The notes beneath the pieces were generated by a model. That model saw only the letters and a list, made by a program, of their open reading frames with translations, ran no database searches and had not been told where the DNA came from. This document shows, one piece after another, positions 35,471 to 45,282 of a stretch of DNA of 46,152 bases (positions within the stretch are counted from its first letter, which is position 1; every line of letters starts with the position of its first letter). Both the position numbers and the translations under genes were made by a program. Source of the DNA: Candidatus Caldarchaeum sp. (GTDB taxonomy: Archaea; Thermoproteota; Nitrososphaeria_A; Caldarchaeales; Caldarchaeaceae); contig JANWZT010000001.1 of the NCBI GenBank assembly GCA_025054515.1, positions 1-46,152 on the forward strand, written 5' to 3'.

Positions 35471-36094
35471 GAGCCTGTCAGCCATTTTCAGAACTTCGGG
35501 ATACCGGCCGCCGAAAAGGCTGAATATTTTCCGGAGGTCGTTGAAGGATATTCCGTATCCCTGGCTGTAGATGGTTTTGCCGTCGCTGAGGCCCAGCAGA
35601 TCGCCGTCGACCACCAGTTCGTAGTGAGATTCCACGGGTCTTAGCTGGCCTGTGAGAATCGATTTCGCAACGCCGGCCGAGGCGACGCCGGCGACAAAAC
35701 CCAGAAGCGTCGCAATTCCGCAACGACGTGGATGGGCTCTTCCATGACCATCCACAAGCAACACGTCGAACCCCGAACGCAATTCCGACAACACACCAAG
35801 CAGAGGAGGGCCTTCCCGCAGAAAAAGAAAGCCGGGAATATAGGCGCCCTGCCTCCCGACGAAATGCTTGACCACAGTCTCCACTGCCTCAGACTTCCCC
35901 ACATCGTAAACCACAGCCGCCGCAGCGCTTCCACGCTTCGAATACGCTACGTCGACGCCGCACACCCTTTCGACACGTTGCAGCCTATCCTCTTCCGGGT
36001 AGGCGATTTTAGCAACCGCCTCCTGAAGCTTGGCGAAAAACCGTAGAGCAATCGATGAAGACGAATTCGTCGACCGAGCCGAGTTCACGAACAC
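35444..36094 (-). CDS. nfi: Endonuclease V
   Basis: VCGVDVAYS, YIPGFLFLREGP, VDGHGRAHPRRCGIATLLG and AGVAKS. Confidence 0.9.
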   Translation of the reverse strand: MFVNSARSTNSSSSIALRFFAKLQEAVAKIAYPEEDRLQRVERVCGVDVAYSKRGSAAAAVVYDVGKSEAVETVVKHFVGRQGAYIPGFLFLREGPPLLGVLSELRSGFDVLLVDGHGRAHPRRCGIATLLGFVAGVASAGVAKSILTGQLRPVESHYELVVDGDLLGLSDGKTIYSQGYGISFNDLRKIFSLFGGRYPEVLKMADRLSRKVVEKT

Positions 36095-36539
36095 CTTGCT
36101 GGATGCGGGGGCTTAAACGTTTGTGCTGCGAAACAACAACCAACTCCGTGCATACTCTTTCTGCTTCAGTGATGAACCGGTCAGGGTTGAGATGGTGGAC
36201 CACGGTGAAAGCGAAGACATGGCTGAAGACTTTGTCGCGGAAAGGCAGATGATGGGCATCGGCTTGAAGTAGATGCGTTGATTCATCGCATCGTTCACGG
36301 GCCTTCCTCAGCATCCCCGCCGAAACATCAACCCCAACATAATCACAACCCACACCAGCATCACGGAGAAACATTTTGAAAAGGCCCGTCCCACAGCCAA
36401 CATCACACAAACGCTCAAACCGGCCCGAAACCAACTCAAAACACCGACGATACTTCCCAGACTGTTCCTCACCATACAGCTCGTCATAGCCGTCGCAGAA
36501 AAAATCGTAACCTATTGCCACAGCCCAACGAACCAACAA
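36009..36539 (-). CDS. Class I SAM-dependent methyltransferase (small-molecule/UbiE-like type)
   Basis: Motif I is LCDVGCGTG. It also has VGVDVSAGML and ADAHHLPFRDKVFSHVF, and no DPPY/NPPY or PC DNA-methylase motif. Confidence 0.8.
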   Translation of the reverse strand: MLVRWAVAIGYDFFCDGYDELYGEEQSGKYRRCFELVSGRFERLCDVGCGTGLFKMFLRDAGVGCDYVGVDVSAGMLRKARERCDESTHLLQADAHHLPFRDKVFSHVFAFTVVHHLNPDRFITEAERVCTELVVVSQHKRLSPRIQQGVRELGSVDEFVFIDCSTVFRQASGGGC

Positions 36540-36586
36540 TCGTTCTTAAGGTTTAATTTTGTTGGATTTAACTGAAAAGTTACGGG

Positions 36587-37480
36587 TTGAGTCAACGAAG
36601 CGCAGAGAGGAACAGCGAAAGAGCCAAACAGGAAATTCTACGATTGTTATCATCGGGAGACGAAACCAAGGTAGCGTACGACCGAGAGATACGCTACCGA
36701 CTCGAATCACTTTTTCCACACGATGACATAGGCAACGCTTTGAAGGAACTTTTGCGGGAAGGAAAGGTCAAACGGGTAAAAATTCCCGGCAGACGTGGGG
36801 ACAAACACGCCCCTAACCTTTTTTACTGCCTGCCAAACACACCTTATAAAGAGCTAATTCCGTTGATGAGAAAAAAGTTAGAGCTCTCCCTTTTTATTTC
36901 AGGAGTCTCTTCTCACATGGGTAGACATGCGGAGTTGGTTTGGTGGCGCGCATTCAAGCAACACAACTGGAACGTTTACCCATCCGATGAGGAAGATCTT
37001 CAGGGAGTGAGAGAATACGGCGGAAGGAAAACAACTCAGCCAAATGACATCGATTTCATAGCGGAAAAAGACGGAATCGAATACGGTGTGGAGGTTAAAA
37101 ATTCGCTAGGATACCCCGAAGACTTGTACTGGAAATTTCTTGTAGCAACAGAGCTGAAAACAATACCCTTAATCATCGCGAGATGGCTCAACCCAGTCCA
37201 AGTCCAAGCCATAAAGGAATTAGGCGGAGCTTGGATAATTTACAAAACTGCCATCTTCTCAACCACCTATGCCTCGCTAATACAAGACACAATAAGATAC
37301 CTAGGCTTACCAGTTGAAGCACGCGACGAAATAGACCCCCATTACTTCCAAACAAAAACCAACCAAGTACACCAACAAATTACCGCAAACCTATCATCCG
37401 TACGCGATAAACTCCAAAAATTCCTCAACCAAACTGACCATACAGAAGCTCGCCGAAAACTAGGAGTCAAAACCGAATGA
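36587..37480 (+). CDS. Hypothetical winged-helix + PD-(D/E)xK (Hjc-like) nuclease-fold protein
   Basis: 297 aa with a TTG start. The N-terminus is wHTH-like (AKQEILRLL...IGNALKELLREGKVKRV). The core is GRHAELVWWRAFKQHNWNV...NDIDFIAEKDGIEYGVEVKN (E...D...E-x-K spacing). The gene is noticeably AT-richer than its flanks. Confidence 0.6.
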   Translation: MSQRSAERNSERAKQEILRLLSSGDETKVAYDREIRYRLESLFPHDDIGNALKELLREGKVKRVKIPGRRGDKHAPNLFYCLPNTPYKELIPLMRKKLELSLFISGVSSHMGRHAELVWWRAFKQHNWNVYPSDEEDLQGVREYGGRKTTQPNDIDFIAEKDGIEYGVEVKNSLGYPEDLYWKFLVATELKTIPLIIARWLNPVQVQAIKELGGAWIIYKTAIFSTTYASLIQDTIRYLGLPVEARDEIDPHYFQTKTNQVHQQITANLSSVRDKLQKFLNQTDHTEARRKLGVKTE

Positions 37481-37658
37481 AAGGTCATTACAGAACCGAC
37501 CCGCGATCTGCCAGACGGTTAAGTTCTAGACGGTAAGCCGTTTCCGGGCGCCGCAGTGTCCGAAACCTCGTTTAACGACGAAACAGCCCACGAAAAAACC
37601 GCAAAACCTCCTTCCAACCTCAAAACCACCTATTTAGAGGAAAAGGGCGGATACACAC

Positions 37659-37667
37659 AATATATAT
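37659..37667 (+). promoter_or_regulatory. TATA-box-like element upstream of the 37695 nucleotidyltransferase gene
   Basis: AATATATAT is centred about 32 nt upstream of the TTG start, which is compatible with a leaderless or short-leader transcript. Confidence 0.35.
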
Positions 37668-37694
37668 CGACGACCTTTTCCATGTTCCACGCGT

Positions 37695-38363
37695 TTGCGT
37701 GAAGTTGTTTACGATGATGTTCGTTGGCGTTTGCTGAAGGGATTGAGGGAAAGGGCCCTTGAGGTCATGACGCATCTTGAGAAGCATGGGTTTTATTCGA
37801 TTGTTTACGGCAGCGTGGCCCGCGGCGACGTCAAGCCGACGAGCGACTTGGATGTGTTCGTTCCCGACGTTGTTCCGCTGCAGCTGCTGGAATACGCTGT
37901 TTCGCTGCATACGCCGGTTGTGAAAAGAGTTTTGGTGCAGGCGACGCCCTACTATGCGGCGAAAGCATACCTCTACATCAACGACCGCGACACCGTTTCA
38001 GCCCCCATGGTCCCCCTCAACAGGGACGAACAAGGCTTCTACATTCTCGCGGGAAGCTTAACGCTCGAAGAACTACGCACGGGCGTCCGGAAACCGGGCA
38101 TCGACAAAAACCTCAACCTCATCATCCCAACGCCGCATGGCCATTTAGAGAAACCGCTGCGTGGAAACTTTGAAGAAGCGGTCAAAACACTCGGCGTCAG
38201 CCCCGATATTCTTTCTTCGCGGATGCGGGTGTTGTTGAAGAGAAGGGAAAAAGGACGGACGGGTGTTTTCCAATGCATCGAGCTTGAGCGAGAGATGACG
38301 TTTGAGGAGGCGATTCAACGGGTTTTGGCCAAGAGCCCCGCCCTCAGGAAAAGGATTCGGTAA
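37695..38363 (+). CDS. Pol-beta superfamily nucleotidyltransferase with uncharacterised C-terminal domain
   Basis: IVYGSVARGDVKPTSDLDVFVPD (GS...D-x-D) followed by about 140 further residues without a recognisable motif. Confidence 0.8.
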   Translation: MREVVYDDVRWRLLKGLRERALEVMTHLEKHGFYSIVYGSVARGDVKPTSDLDVFVPDVVPLQLLEYAVSLHTPVVKRVLVQATPYYAAKAYLYINDRDTVSAPMVPLNRDEQGFYILAGSLTLEELRTGVRKPGIDKNLNLIIPTPHGHLEKPLRGNFEEAVKTLGVSPDILSSRMRVLLKRREKGRTGVFQCIELEREMTFEEAIQRVLAKSPALRKRIR

Positions 38364-38367
38364 CCCG

Positions 38368-38844
38368 TTAGAGGCCCAGCAACGCATCAACCGAATAAGG
38401 TCCTGCACCGGTCGTCAGCAAAACCACGGCGGCTCCCAGTATCAGAAGGTCAAACTCCCATCCACCCACGCCGGCGATGAACCCTCTGAGAACGCGTCGG
38501 GAGCCGGCGACCATTTGCTGCAGCATTTCGGGAGGTGGAACGGATGTGCCGAGCTTGGTTAGGTAGAGCACTATGGTTCCAACCATCTGCACCGCGAAGA
38601 GAAGTGCCGCGACACGGGTGAGAAGCCCGAGGATCAAAGCGATGCCTCCGACGACTTCGAGAACGGCGACGAGGTCGAACAAAGGTCCGGGCACGCCGAC
38701 ACCTTTCATGGCGTTCCTCATCTGGGGTCTAACGGGGCCTCCTATTTTGGGGAACCCGTGGACAAGCATGATGAACCCGAGTACAACTCTCAGGAACAGC
38801 ACCGCCGTGTCCTGAAAACCTGAAGCAAATTCCAGCAACACCAT
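38368..38844 (-). CDS. DoxX family membrane protein
   Basis: LFLRVVLGFIMLVHGFPK..., four helices, 158 aa. Confidence 0.85.
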   Translation of the reverse strand: MVLLEFASGFQDTAVLFLRVVLGFIMLVHGFPKIGGPVRPQMRNAMKGVGVPGPLFDLVAVLEVVGGIALILGLLTRVAALLFAVQMVGTIVLYLTKLGTSVPPPEMLQQMVAGSRRVLRGFIAGVGGWEFDLLILGAAVVLLTTGAGPYSVDALLGL

Positions 38845-38915
38845 ACCGCTTTCACTTCGTCATTTGATAGCGAAAAGCAAGTATTTATCATGGTCAGCGG
38901 CATCACCGCCACCAG

Positions 38916-39311
38916 ATGGCTGAAACACCATGTGAGGAAAGCGGAGGCGTCTGCCCCATCGTCGCCGCGGCGAAACTACTGGGAAGCATGTGGGCGTTGG
39001 TGGTTATCAGCTATCTTTCCACGGGCCCGAAAGGGTTTAACGAGTTACTTCATCTTGTTCCGCAGCTAAACTCCAAAACCCTTGCAAGAACCCTTAAAAC
39101 TCTTCAGTCCCGCGGGCTGGTTAACAGAACCGTGGTAAGCACGCAACCGTTCGCTGTCAGCTATTCCCTCACACCCATGGCCGAAGAACTCGCCCCCATC
39201 CTCGAAAACCTCCGAAAATGGGGAGAAAAATGGCTTCTTCCCGCACAGACAAAAATCCCCGCCGACGTCAATCAAAAACCATCGCCAAACCGCGTCACCG
39301 GGAGAAAATAA
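38916..39311 (+). CDS. HxlR-family winged-helix transcriptional regulator
   Basis: CPIVAAAKLLGSMWALVVISYL..GPKGFNELL...NSKTLARTLKTLQSRGLVNR...YSLTP. Confidence 0.9.
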   Translation: MAETPCEESGGVCPIVAAAKLLGSMWALVVISYLSTGPKGFNELLHLVPQLNSKTLARTLKTLQSRGLVNRTVVSTQPFAVSYSLTPMAEELAPILENLRKWGEKWLLPAQTKIPADVNQKPSPNRVTGRK

Positions 39312-39393
39312 TCGGCCATTTTTTCTCGGGTTTTGAGCTGAAAGGCCCGTCGAAGTTGTGCAAGCTACGCCGGTCGGTAGCGGACAGCTGTTT

Positions 39394-39735
39394 TCATTTT
39401 AATGCTTCGGCTCCTCTTTCACCCGTTCTTATTCTCACGGCGTCCTCGACGGGTATTACGAAGATTTTCCCGTCACCTATGCTTCCCGTGTAGGCTGATT
39501 TTCTCAGCTCCTCGACCACGTCGGCTACGTCGGCGTCGTCAACGACCACTTCGACCATCAGCTTCGGTATCAAGTCGAGCCTGAACTCGTTGCCCCTGAT
39601 CCGCCATGATATTCCCTGCTGTCTTCCCCGGCCCCTCACTTCGTAAACCGTCAACCCAGCATAGCCCAGCCGCTGAAGGTTGTTCTTCACTTCATCGAGC
39701 ATTTCAGACCTAATCACAGCCTTAACCAGTTTCAC
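39394..39735 (-). CDS. glnK: Nitrogen regulatory protein P-II
   Basis: MKLVKAVIR...GLTVYEVRGRGRQQG...KIFVIPVEDAVRIRTGERG. Confidence 0.95.
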   Translation of the reverse strand: MKLVKAVIRSEMLDEVKNNLQRLGYAGLTVYEVRGRGRQQGISWRIRGNEFRLDLIPKLMVEVVVDDADVADVVEELRKSAYTGSIGDGKIFVIPVEDAVRIRTGERGAEALK

Positions 39736-39746
39736 ACTTCCACCTC

Positions 39747-40973
39747 CTACACGTAGGCGGGTTCCGCGTGCTGCGTCAAATCAAGACCCACAAGCTCCTC
39801 CTCCTTACTCACCCTGAGCCCAACGGTCTTATCGATCAACTTGAGGATTGCGAAGGTGAGTATGAAGCTGTAAACCCATGCTACGCCCGTCGCCACAACC
39901 TGTACCAGCAGCTGGTATGGGTTGCCGTAGAGAAGTCCTGCCGCCGTCGGGTTCACCGCCGGGTTTGCAAATATTCCCGTCGCTATGGCCCCCCATGTGC
40001 CGCCGACCCCGTGAACACCCCAGACATCAAGCGAATCGTCTATCTTCGTCCTAGACCGGAAGGATACAGCGTAGAAGCAAAGAAGGCCGGCTGTAAAACC
40101 TATGACCATGGCGCCCAACGCGTCAACAAAGCCAGAGGCCGGAGTGACCGCGACGAGGCCAGCTACCGCGCCGCTGGCAGCTCCTATGATACTCGCTTTC
40201 CCTTTGTAGAACCATGACATAAGCAGCCACGATAAAGTGGCCGCGCTCGCCGCCACGTTGGTGGCCATGAAAGCGCTTGATGCCAAACCTCCTGCGCTGA
40301 GGGCGCTGCCCGCGTTGAACCCGAACCAGCCAAACCAAAGCAGCGACGCACCCAAAATTACGTAGGTTATGTTGCTGGGCTCGAAGGCCGCTGAGCCATA
40401 GCCTATCCTATTCCTGAGTACCATGGCTGCTGCAAGCGCTGCGATTCCCGCGTTAATATGCACCACTGTTCCGCCGGCGAAATCTAGAGCTCCTAGGTTT
40501 CTCAGCCATCCGCCGACACCCCACACCCAGTGGGCCAACGGGTCGTAAACTATCGTTGACCATAGGACAAGAAAAAGGATGCCGGAGCTGAACTTGATTC
40601 TCTCCACGACGGCGCCTATTATCAGGGCTGCCGTGATTATGGCGAACATGCCTTGAAACAGCATGAAGGCTTGATGAGGAACCGTCGGCGCGTAGTCTGG
40701 ATTGGGGTCTAGACCTACGCCGCGGAGACCAAACCAGTCCAAGCTTCCGATTACGCCGTTGACTGATGGCCCGAAGGCGAGGCTGTAACCCCACAGAACC
40801 CATTGAAGGCTTATGAGGGCCGCCGCCGCGAAGCACATCATTATCGTGTTTGCGAGGTTCTTCTTCCGGACAAGTCCACCGTAGAAGAAGCCGAGAGCGG
40901 GGGTCATGAGAAAAACAAGCGCCGACGAAACCAGAAGCCACGCCGTGTCTCCCGCATCAACCATCGCAGGCAC
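39747..40973 (-). CDS. amt: Ammonium transporter (Amt family)
   Basis: DTAWLLVSSALVFLMTPALGFFYGG, FAGGTVVHINAG, GWFGFNAGS and DDSLDVWGVHGVGG. Confidence 0.95.
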   Translation of the reverse strand: MPAMVDAGDTAWLLVSSALVFLMTPALGFFYGGLVRKKNLANTIMMCFAAAALISLQWVLWGYSLAFGPSVNGVIGSLDWFGLRGVGLDPNPDYAPTVPHQAFMLFQGMFAIITAALIIGAVVERIKFSSGILFLVLWSTIVYDPLAHWVWGVGGWLRNLGALDFAGGTVVHINAGIAALAAAMVLRNRIGYGSAAFEPSNITYVILGASLLWFGWFGFNAGSALSAGGLASSAFMATNVAASAATLSWLLMSWFYKGKASIIGAASGAVAGLVAVTPASGFVDALGAMVIGFTAGLLCFYAVSFRSRTKIDDSLDVWGVHGVGGTWGAIATGIFANPAVNPTAAGLLYGNPYQLLVQVVATGVAWVYSFILTFAILKLIDKTVGLRVSKEEELVGLDLTQHAEPAYV

Positions 40974-41222
40974 CCCATCCTACATCAAATACGGCGGGAA
41001 AAGCCGGGAAATCGCAGCCCATCGCCTTTTTCGCTGAAACCCAGAGAATGTGTAACGGACTGCTCGACATAACCCCTATTCGTCCATCAAACCGCCGGAA
41101 ATAACATGCTTTTTCTGATGCTTCGCCGCATTTCATAGCTCATTTCGGATGACTGCCATTATTTATACCTTTAATTTGACAGGATGCATTGTGTATGCCT
41201 GATGTGATGTTAACATTTTTAG

Positions 41223-42707
41223 TTGGAGAAACTTTTTCTTTCGAGGGATTTTTTGGCGAAAGTTTTGGACAGGATTGGGTTGACCTTCGACGATGTGTTG
41301 CTTGTTCCTACGCGTTCTTCCATCAGGTCGCGTAAGGACGTTTCGACACGTAGCCGTTTCACCCGGAGGATAATGCTCGAGGTTCCGATTGTTTCCGCCG
41401 CCATGGATACGGTTACCGAGGCGGCGATGGCGGTGACGATGGCTCAGGAGGGAGGCATCGGGGTGATACATCGCTTCAACACGGTGCAGCAGCAGGCCGA
41501 GCTGGTGAAAACCGTTAAACGCGCCGAAAACATCGCCGTCGAAGAACCCTACACCATAGGCCCCGAAGCAACAATAGCCGAAGCCGAAAAATTGATGCAG
41601 TCCAAAAACGTCAGCGGCCTCCTCGTCGTCAACCAATCCAAGAAGCTACTCGGCATCCTGACACGGCGAGACATCCTGTTCAGGCCACGGGACGCCAAAG
41701 TTTCCGAATGCATGACCCCGCGCACAGAACTTGTCACAGCCTCTCCCGACATCTCCCTCGAAGAAGCTAAGCAAATCTTCATGAAACACAAGGTCGAGAA
41801 GCTTCCGCTGGTCGACTCCGAAGACCACGTAAAAGGCCTCGTCACAAGCGCCGACATCGTCAAAAAGCTGATGCATCCAAAGGCAACCCGCGACAGTCGT
41901 GGAAGATTGATGGTGGCGGCCGCTGTAGGCGTTAGGGAGGATGATGTGATGGATAGGGCTGAAGCTCTTTTGGCCGCGGGAGCCGATGCGTTAGTCGTGG
42001 ACGTGGCCCACGGCCACACCGAGATGGTTATCCAGACCGTTCGGAAGCTGAGAATGGTTTTCGGCGACGACTTCGACATAGTCGCTGGAAATGTTGCGAC
42101 GGCCTCGGGGGTTGAGGATTTGGCTTCAGCCGGGGCTTCGGCGGTCAAAGTGGGTGTTGGCCCGGGCTCTGTCTGCACCACGAGGGTTGTTGCAGGAGTT
42201 GGCGTGCCGCAGCTTACCGCAATCATGGATTGCGCCGAGGCTGGCGAAGCGATGGATGTCCCGTTAATCGCCGACGGAGGAATCCGTTCGAGCGCCGATT
42301 TGGTGAAAGCGCTCGCCGCCGGCGCCTCGACCGTGATGATCGGGCGTCTTCTGGCAGGTACGGATGAAAGCCCCGGAGCCGTGGTGGTGAGGAACGGAAG
42401 AAAGATGAAGGTTTACCGTGGGATGGCTTCTTTTTACGCCATGCTCGCCAAAGAAACCCGCGCAGGCCAGGAAGACTTTCTCCAAGACGCGTCGGAATAC
42501 AGCTACATCGCCGAAGGGGTTGAAGCCTACGTCCCCTACAAAGGCTCAGCCGCCGAAGTTATCCACCAGCTCGTCGCAGGTCTCCGCTCAGGTCTCAGCT
42601 ACCTCGGAGCACATAACATCAAGGAGCTCCAGCGAAACGCCGTCTTCATCCGCATGACCGAAGCAGGCCTCAGAGAAAGCCACCCCCACGACGTCGACAC
42701 AATATGA
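41223..42707 (+). CDS. guaB: IMP dehydrogenase (with CBS pair)
   Basis: [47 protein letters not shown] and GMAS. The start is TTG 41223 or TTG 41253. Confidence 0.95.
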   Translation: MEKLFLSRDFLAKVLDRIGLTFDDVLLVPTRSSIRSRKDVSTRSRFTRRIMLEVPIVSAAMDTVTEAAMAVTMAQEGGIGVIHRFNTVQQQAELVKTVKRAENIAVEEPYTIGPEATIAEAEKLMQSKNVSGLLVVNQSKKLLGILTRRDILFRPRDAKVSECMTPRTELVTASPDISLEEAKQIFMKHKVEKLPLVDSEDHVKGLVTSADIVKKLMHPKATRDSRGRLMVAAAVGVREDDVMDRAEALLAAGADALVVDVAHGHTEMVIQTVRKLRMVFGDDFDIVAGNVATASGVEDLASAGASAVKVGVGPGSVCTTRVVAGVGVPQLTAIMDCAEAGEAMDVPLIADGGIRSSADLVKALAAGASTVMIGRLLAGTDESPGAVVVRNGRKMKVYRGMASFYAMLAKETRAGQEDFLQDASEYSYIAEGVEAYVPYKGSAAEVIHQLVAGLRSGLSYLGAHNIKELQRNAVFIRMTEAGLRESHPHDVDTI

Positions 42708-43948
42708 AAGGCGTCGATGTTATCGTAGGGCTTCAGTGGGGCGACGAAGGGAAGGGCAAAATCTCCTACGTTTTGTCGAAACAAGCGGACGCGGTTGTCC
42801 GTTTTCAGGGAGGAGCTAACGCGGGCCACACGGTCAAAATCGGGGAGACGCGGTACAAGTTTAACATGCTTCCAGCGGGATGTCTCGCGGGGCCCCGGCC
42901 CGTCATCGCCGCGGGATGTCTCCTCGACCCCGAAGCATTCGAAAGAGAGATAAAGCTAATCACTTCTCTGGGCGTGAAGCACAAGCCTCTTGTAAGCGAA
43001 TCAACCCACATCATACTACCGCACCACCGGGAGCTCGACGGTAGAATTGAGGAACTCCGCGGCTCCGAAGCAGTTGGAACAACACGGCGAGGAATAGGCC
43101 CCGCATACGCCGACAAAATGCTCCGCGTCGGAATAAGGGCCGGCGAAACAACCGACCCACAGCTCATCCAGTCAAAAACACAGCTGCTCCAGAAACTTCA
43201 CGGAATAGATTTCAGCGTCGACGCCGAAAAACTACGGCAAACAATCAGCCCATTCGTGGGTAACGTCGAAACATACCTAAACACGGTGCTTGAATCCGGA
43301 GGCCGCGTCGTCCTCGAAGGCGCACAGGGAACGCTTCTGGACATCGACCATGGGACATACCCCTACGTCACGTCATCCAACACCTTAGCGGCCAACGGAT
43401 TCGTCAGCACGGGCGTTGCAGTGAAATGGAAACACAGCGTGATAGGGGTGATGAAGGCCTATGCGACACGGGTCGGCGCCGGGCCTTTCCCGACCGAGCT
43501 GGATGGCGATGTAGCGGAGAGAATAAGGGAAGTAGGCGGGGAATATGGGACTACCACGGGTAGGCCTCGGAGGGTTGGCTGGCTCGACATCCCAGCGCTC
43601 CGGTACGCCTGCATGGTCAACGGCGTCGACGAAATCGCCGTCACGAAAGTCGACGTCCTCAACGGCCTTTCAACGGTTAAGGCCTGCGTCGGCTACGTGG
43701 TGAACGGTGTGGAGACTGAAAGCTTCACGGATTGTTTGATGATGTTGGACGACGTGAAGCCTGTTTACGTGGAGTTTCCGGGCTGGTCTGTCGGCGACGA
43801 CGATTGGCATGCAGCCGTGAGGAATGGCTGGGACGATCTTCCGCCGAACGCCCGCGAATATTTGGAATGGGTCGAGAAAACACTTCACGTGAAAATTTCT
43901 CTGGTTTCTGTGGGCGAGGAAGCGGGGCTGACGGTGCAGAGAACGTGA
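42704..43948 (+). CDS. purA: Adenylosuccinate synthetase
   Basis: GLQWGDEGKGK, GGANAGHTV, TTRRGIGPAY, EGAQGTLLDIDHGTYPYVTSS and GTTTGRPRR. ATGA overlap with guaB. Confidence 0.95.
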   Translation: MKGVDVIVGLQWGDEGKGKISYVLSKQADAVVRFQGGANAGHTVKIGETRYKFNMLPAGCLAGPRPVIAAGCLLDPEAFEREIKLITSLGVKHKPLVSESTHIILPHHRELDGRIEELRGSEAVGTTRRGIGPAYADKMLRVGIRAGETTDPQLIQSKTQLLQKLHGIDFSVDAEKLRQTISPFVGNVETYLNTVLESGGRVVLEGAQGTLLDIDHGTYPYVTSSNTLAANGFVSTGVAVKWKHSVIGVMKAYATRVGAGPFPTELDGDVAERIREVGGEYGTTTGRPRRVGWLDIPALRYACMVNGVDEIAVTKVDVLNGLSTVKACVGYVVNGVETESFTDCLMMLDDVKPVYVEFPGWSVGDDDWHAAVRNGWDDLPPNAREYLEWVEKTLHVKISLVSVGEEAGLTVQRT

Positions 43949-45282
43949 GCATCGACGCCATTACACCCATCGACGGCCGATACCGAGATAAACTCCAAGT
44001 ATGCAGCGAATATTTCAGCGAAAAAGCCCTTATCAGACATCGGCTCGTCGTCGAAGCAAAATACCTACGGGCCTTCCTCGAAGCGGTTGGAAGAAAAACC
44101 GAAGCCGAAAAAACATCGAAATTTGAGGAAATCTTTGCGGCGCTTTCGACCGAGGAGGCCGAAGAGGTCAAGAAACTTGAGGTGAAGCTGGGCCACGACG
44201 TGGTGGCTGCCACGGCTTTCTTCGAAAAAAAGTTAGAGGAAGAGGGGCTTAGCTCGCTGAAGCCGTTCGTGCATTTCGGCCTTACGTCGGAGGATGTGAA
44301 CAACATCGCCTACGCGTTAGCCGTCAAATCATTCATCCACGAAATCCTCATCCCAGAAATACTCACTCTCGTCGAAAAACTCGTCGAACTCGCCGAAAAC
44401 CACGCATCAACACCGTTTCTCGCAAGAACACACGGCCAGCCAGCGGTGCCAACATCTTTCGGCAGCTTCATCGCCAACTACGCATACCGAACCGCTGTCC
44501 AAACAGCTAAACTCAAAGACATCAACCCGCAGGCCAAAATCGGCGGAGCAGTCGGAGACCTATCAGCGCTCGCGGCCACCTACCCTGAAATCGACTGGCA
44601 AAGCTTCGCCGAAAAATTCATCACATCCCTTGGGTTAGAATTCAACCCCGCCTCAACCCAGATACTACCCCATGAAAGAACGTCGGAAATCCTCCAAACC
44701 GTCGCCGTGATTGACTCCGTGTTGGCGAATCTCTGCCGTGACATGTGGCTTCTCGGAGCTCTCGGACTGATAGAGTTCAGAAAACCCGCCGAACAAGTCC
44801 ATTCTTCGACGATGCCGCAGAAAAGAAACCCCCTACTTTTCGAGAACGCGGAAGGATGCTTTGACCTTGCCGCCAACATGCTCAACTACATGTCGTCACG
44901 GCTTCTTTCGTCGCGGCTGCACAGAGACCTCAGCGACTCCGTAATCAAACGATTCTACGGAACAGGCTTCGCCCTCAGCCTCCTCGGCGTCAAAAACACA
45001 GCCCAAGCGCTCAACCAAATCACAGTAAACAGGGAGGCGATGGAGAAAGAAGTCGAAACACATCCCGAGACGATGGCCGAAATAGCTCAGCTAATCCTCC
45101 GCAAACACAACGTCCCAAACGCCTACGAAGCAGCCGCAAAAGGAATACACGACATCCGCCAAACACTCGTAAAACACGGCGTAGACCCAAACGTCATCGA
45201 CCCAACAAAATACATCCAAGCAGCCCAAAAGAAAGCAGAAACACTCATCAAAAAAACACGAAACATCGCGAAAACAATTTAG
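43945..45282 (+). CDS. purB: Adenylosuccinate lyase
   Basis: ITPIDGRY, GLTSEDVNN, RTHGQPAVPTSFG and SSTMPQKRNP (fumarate-lyase signature). The GTG start at 43945 overlaps the purA stop (GTGA), and the track start 43732 lies inside purA. Confidence 0.95.
   Translation: MSIDAITPIDGRYRDKLQVCSEYFSEKALIRHRLVVEAKYLRAFLEAVGRKTEAEKTSKFEEIFAALSTEEAEEVKKLEVKLGHDVVAATAFFEKKLEEEGLSSLKPFVHFGLTSEDVNNIAYALAVKSFIHEILIPEILTLVEKLVELAENHASTPFLARTHGQPAVPTSFGSFIANYAYRTAVQTAKLKDINPQAKIGGAVGDLSALAATYPEIDWQSFAEKFITSLGLEFNPASTQILPHERTSEILQTVAVIDSVLANLCRDMWLLGALGLIEFRKPAEQVHSSTMPQKRNPLLFENAEGCFDLAANMLNYMSSRLLSSRLHRDLSDSVIKRFYGTGFALSLLGVKNTAQALNQITVNREAMEKEVETHPETMAEIAQLILRKHNVPNAYEAAAKGIHDIRQTLVKHGVDPNVIDPTKYIQAAQKKAETLIKKTRNIAKTI

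Noticed and set aside
36009-37480. The divergent methyltransferase + nuclease-fold gene pair as a restriction-modification system.
   Set aside because: The methyltransferase has UbiE/Methyltransf_11-like motifs (DVGCGTG, LPFRDKVF) and no DPPY/NPPY or PC-Q DNA-methylase motifs. It is also not AT-rich like the nuclease gene.
41549-42226. A 225-aa minus-strand ORF inside guaB, and likewise 43725..44306 (-) inside purA/purB.
   Set aside because: These are antisense shadows of well-supported genes, with Ser/Thr/Ala-rich low-complexity translations.
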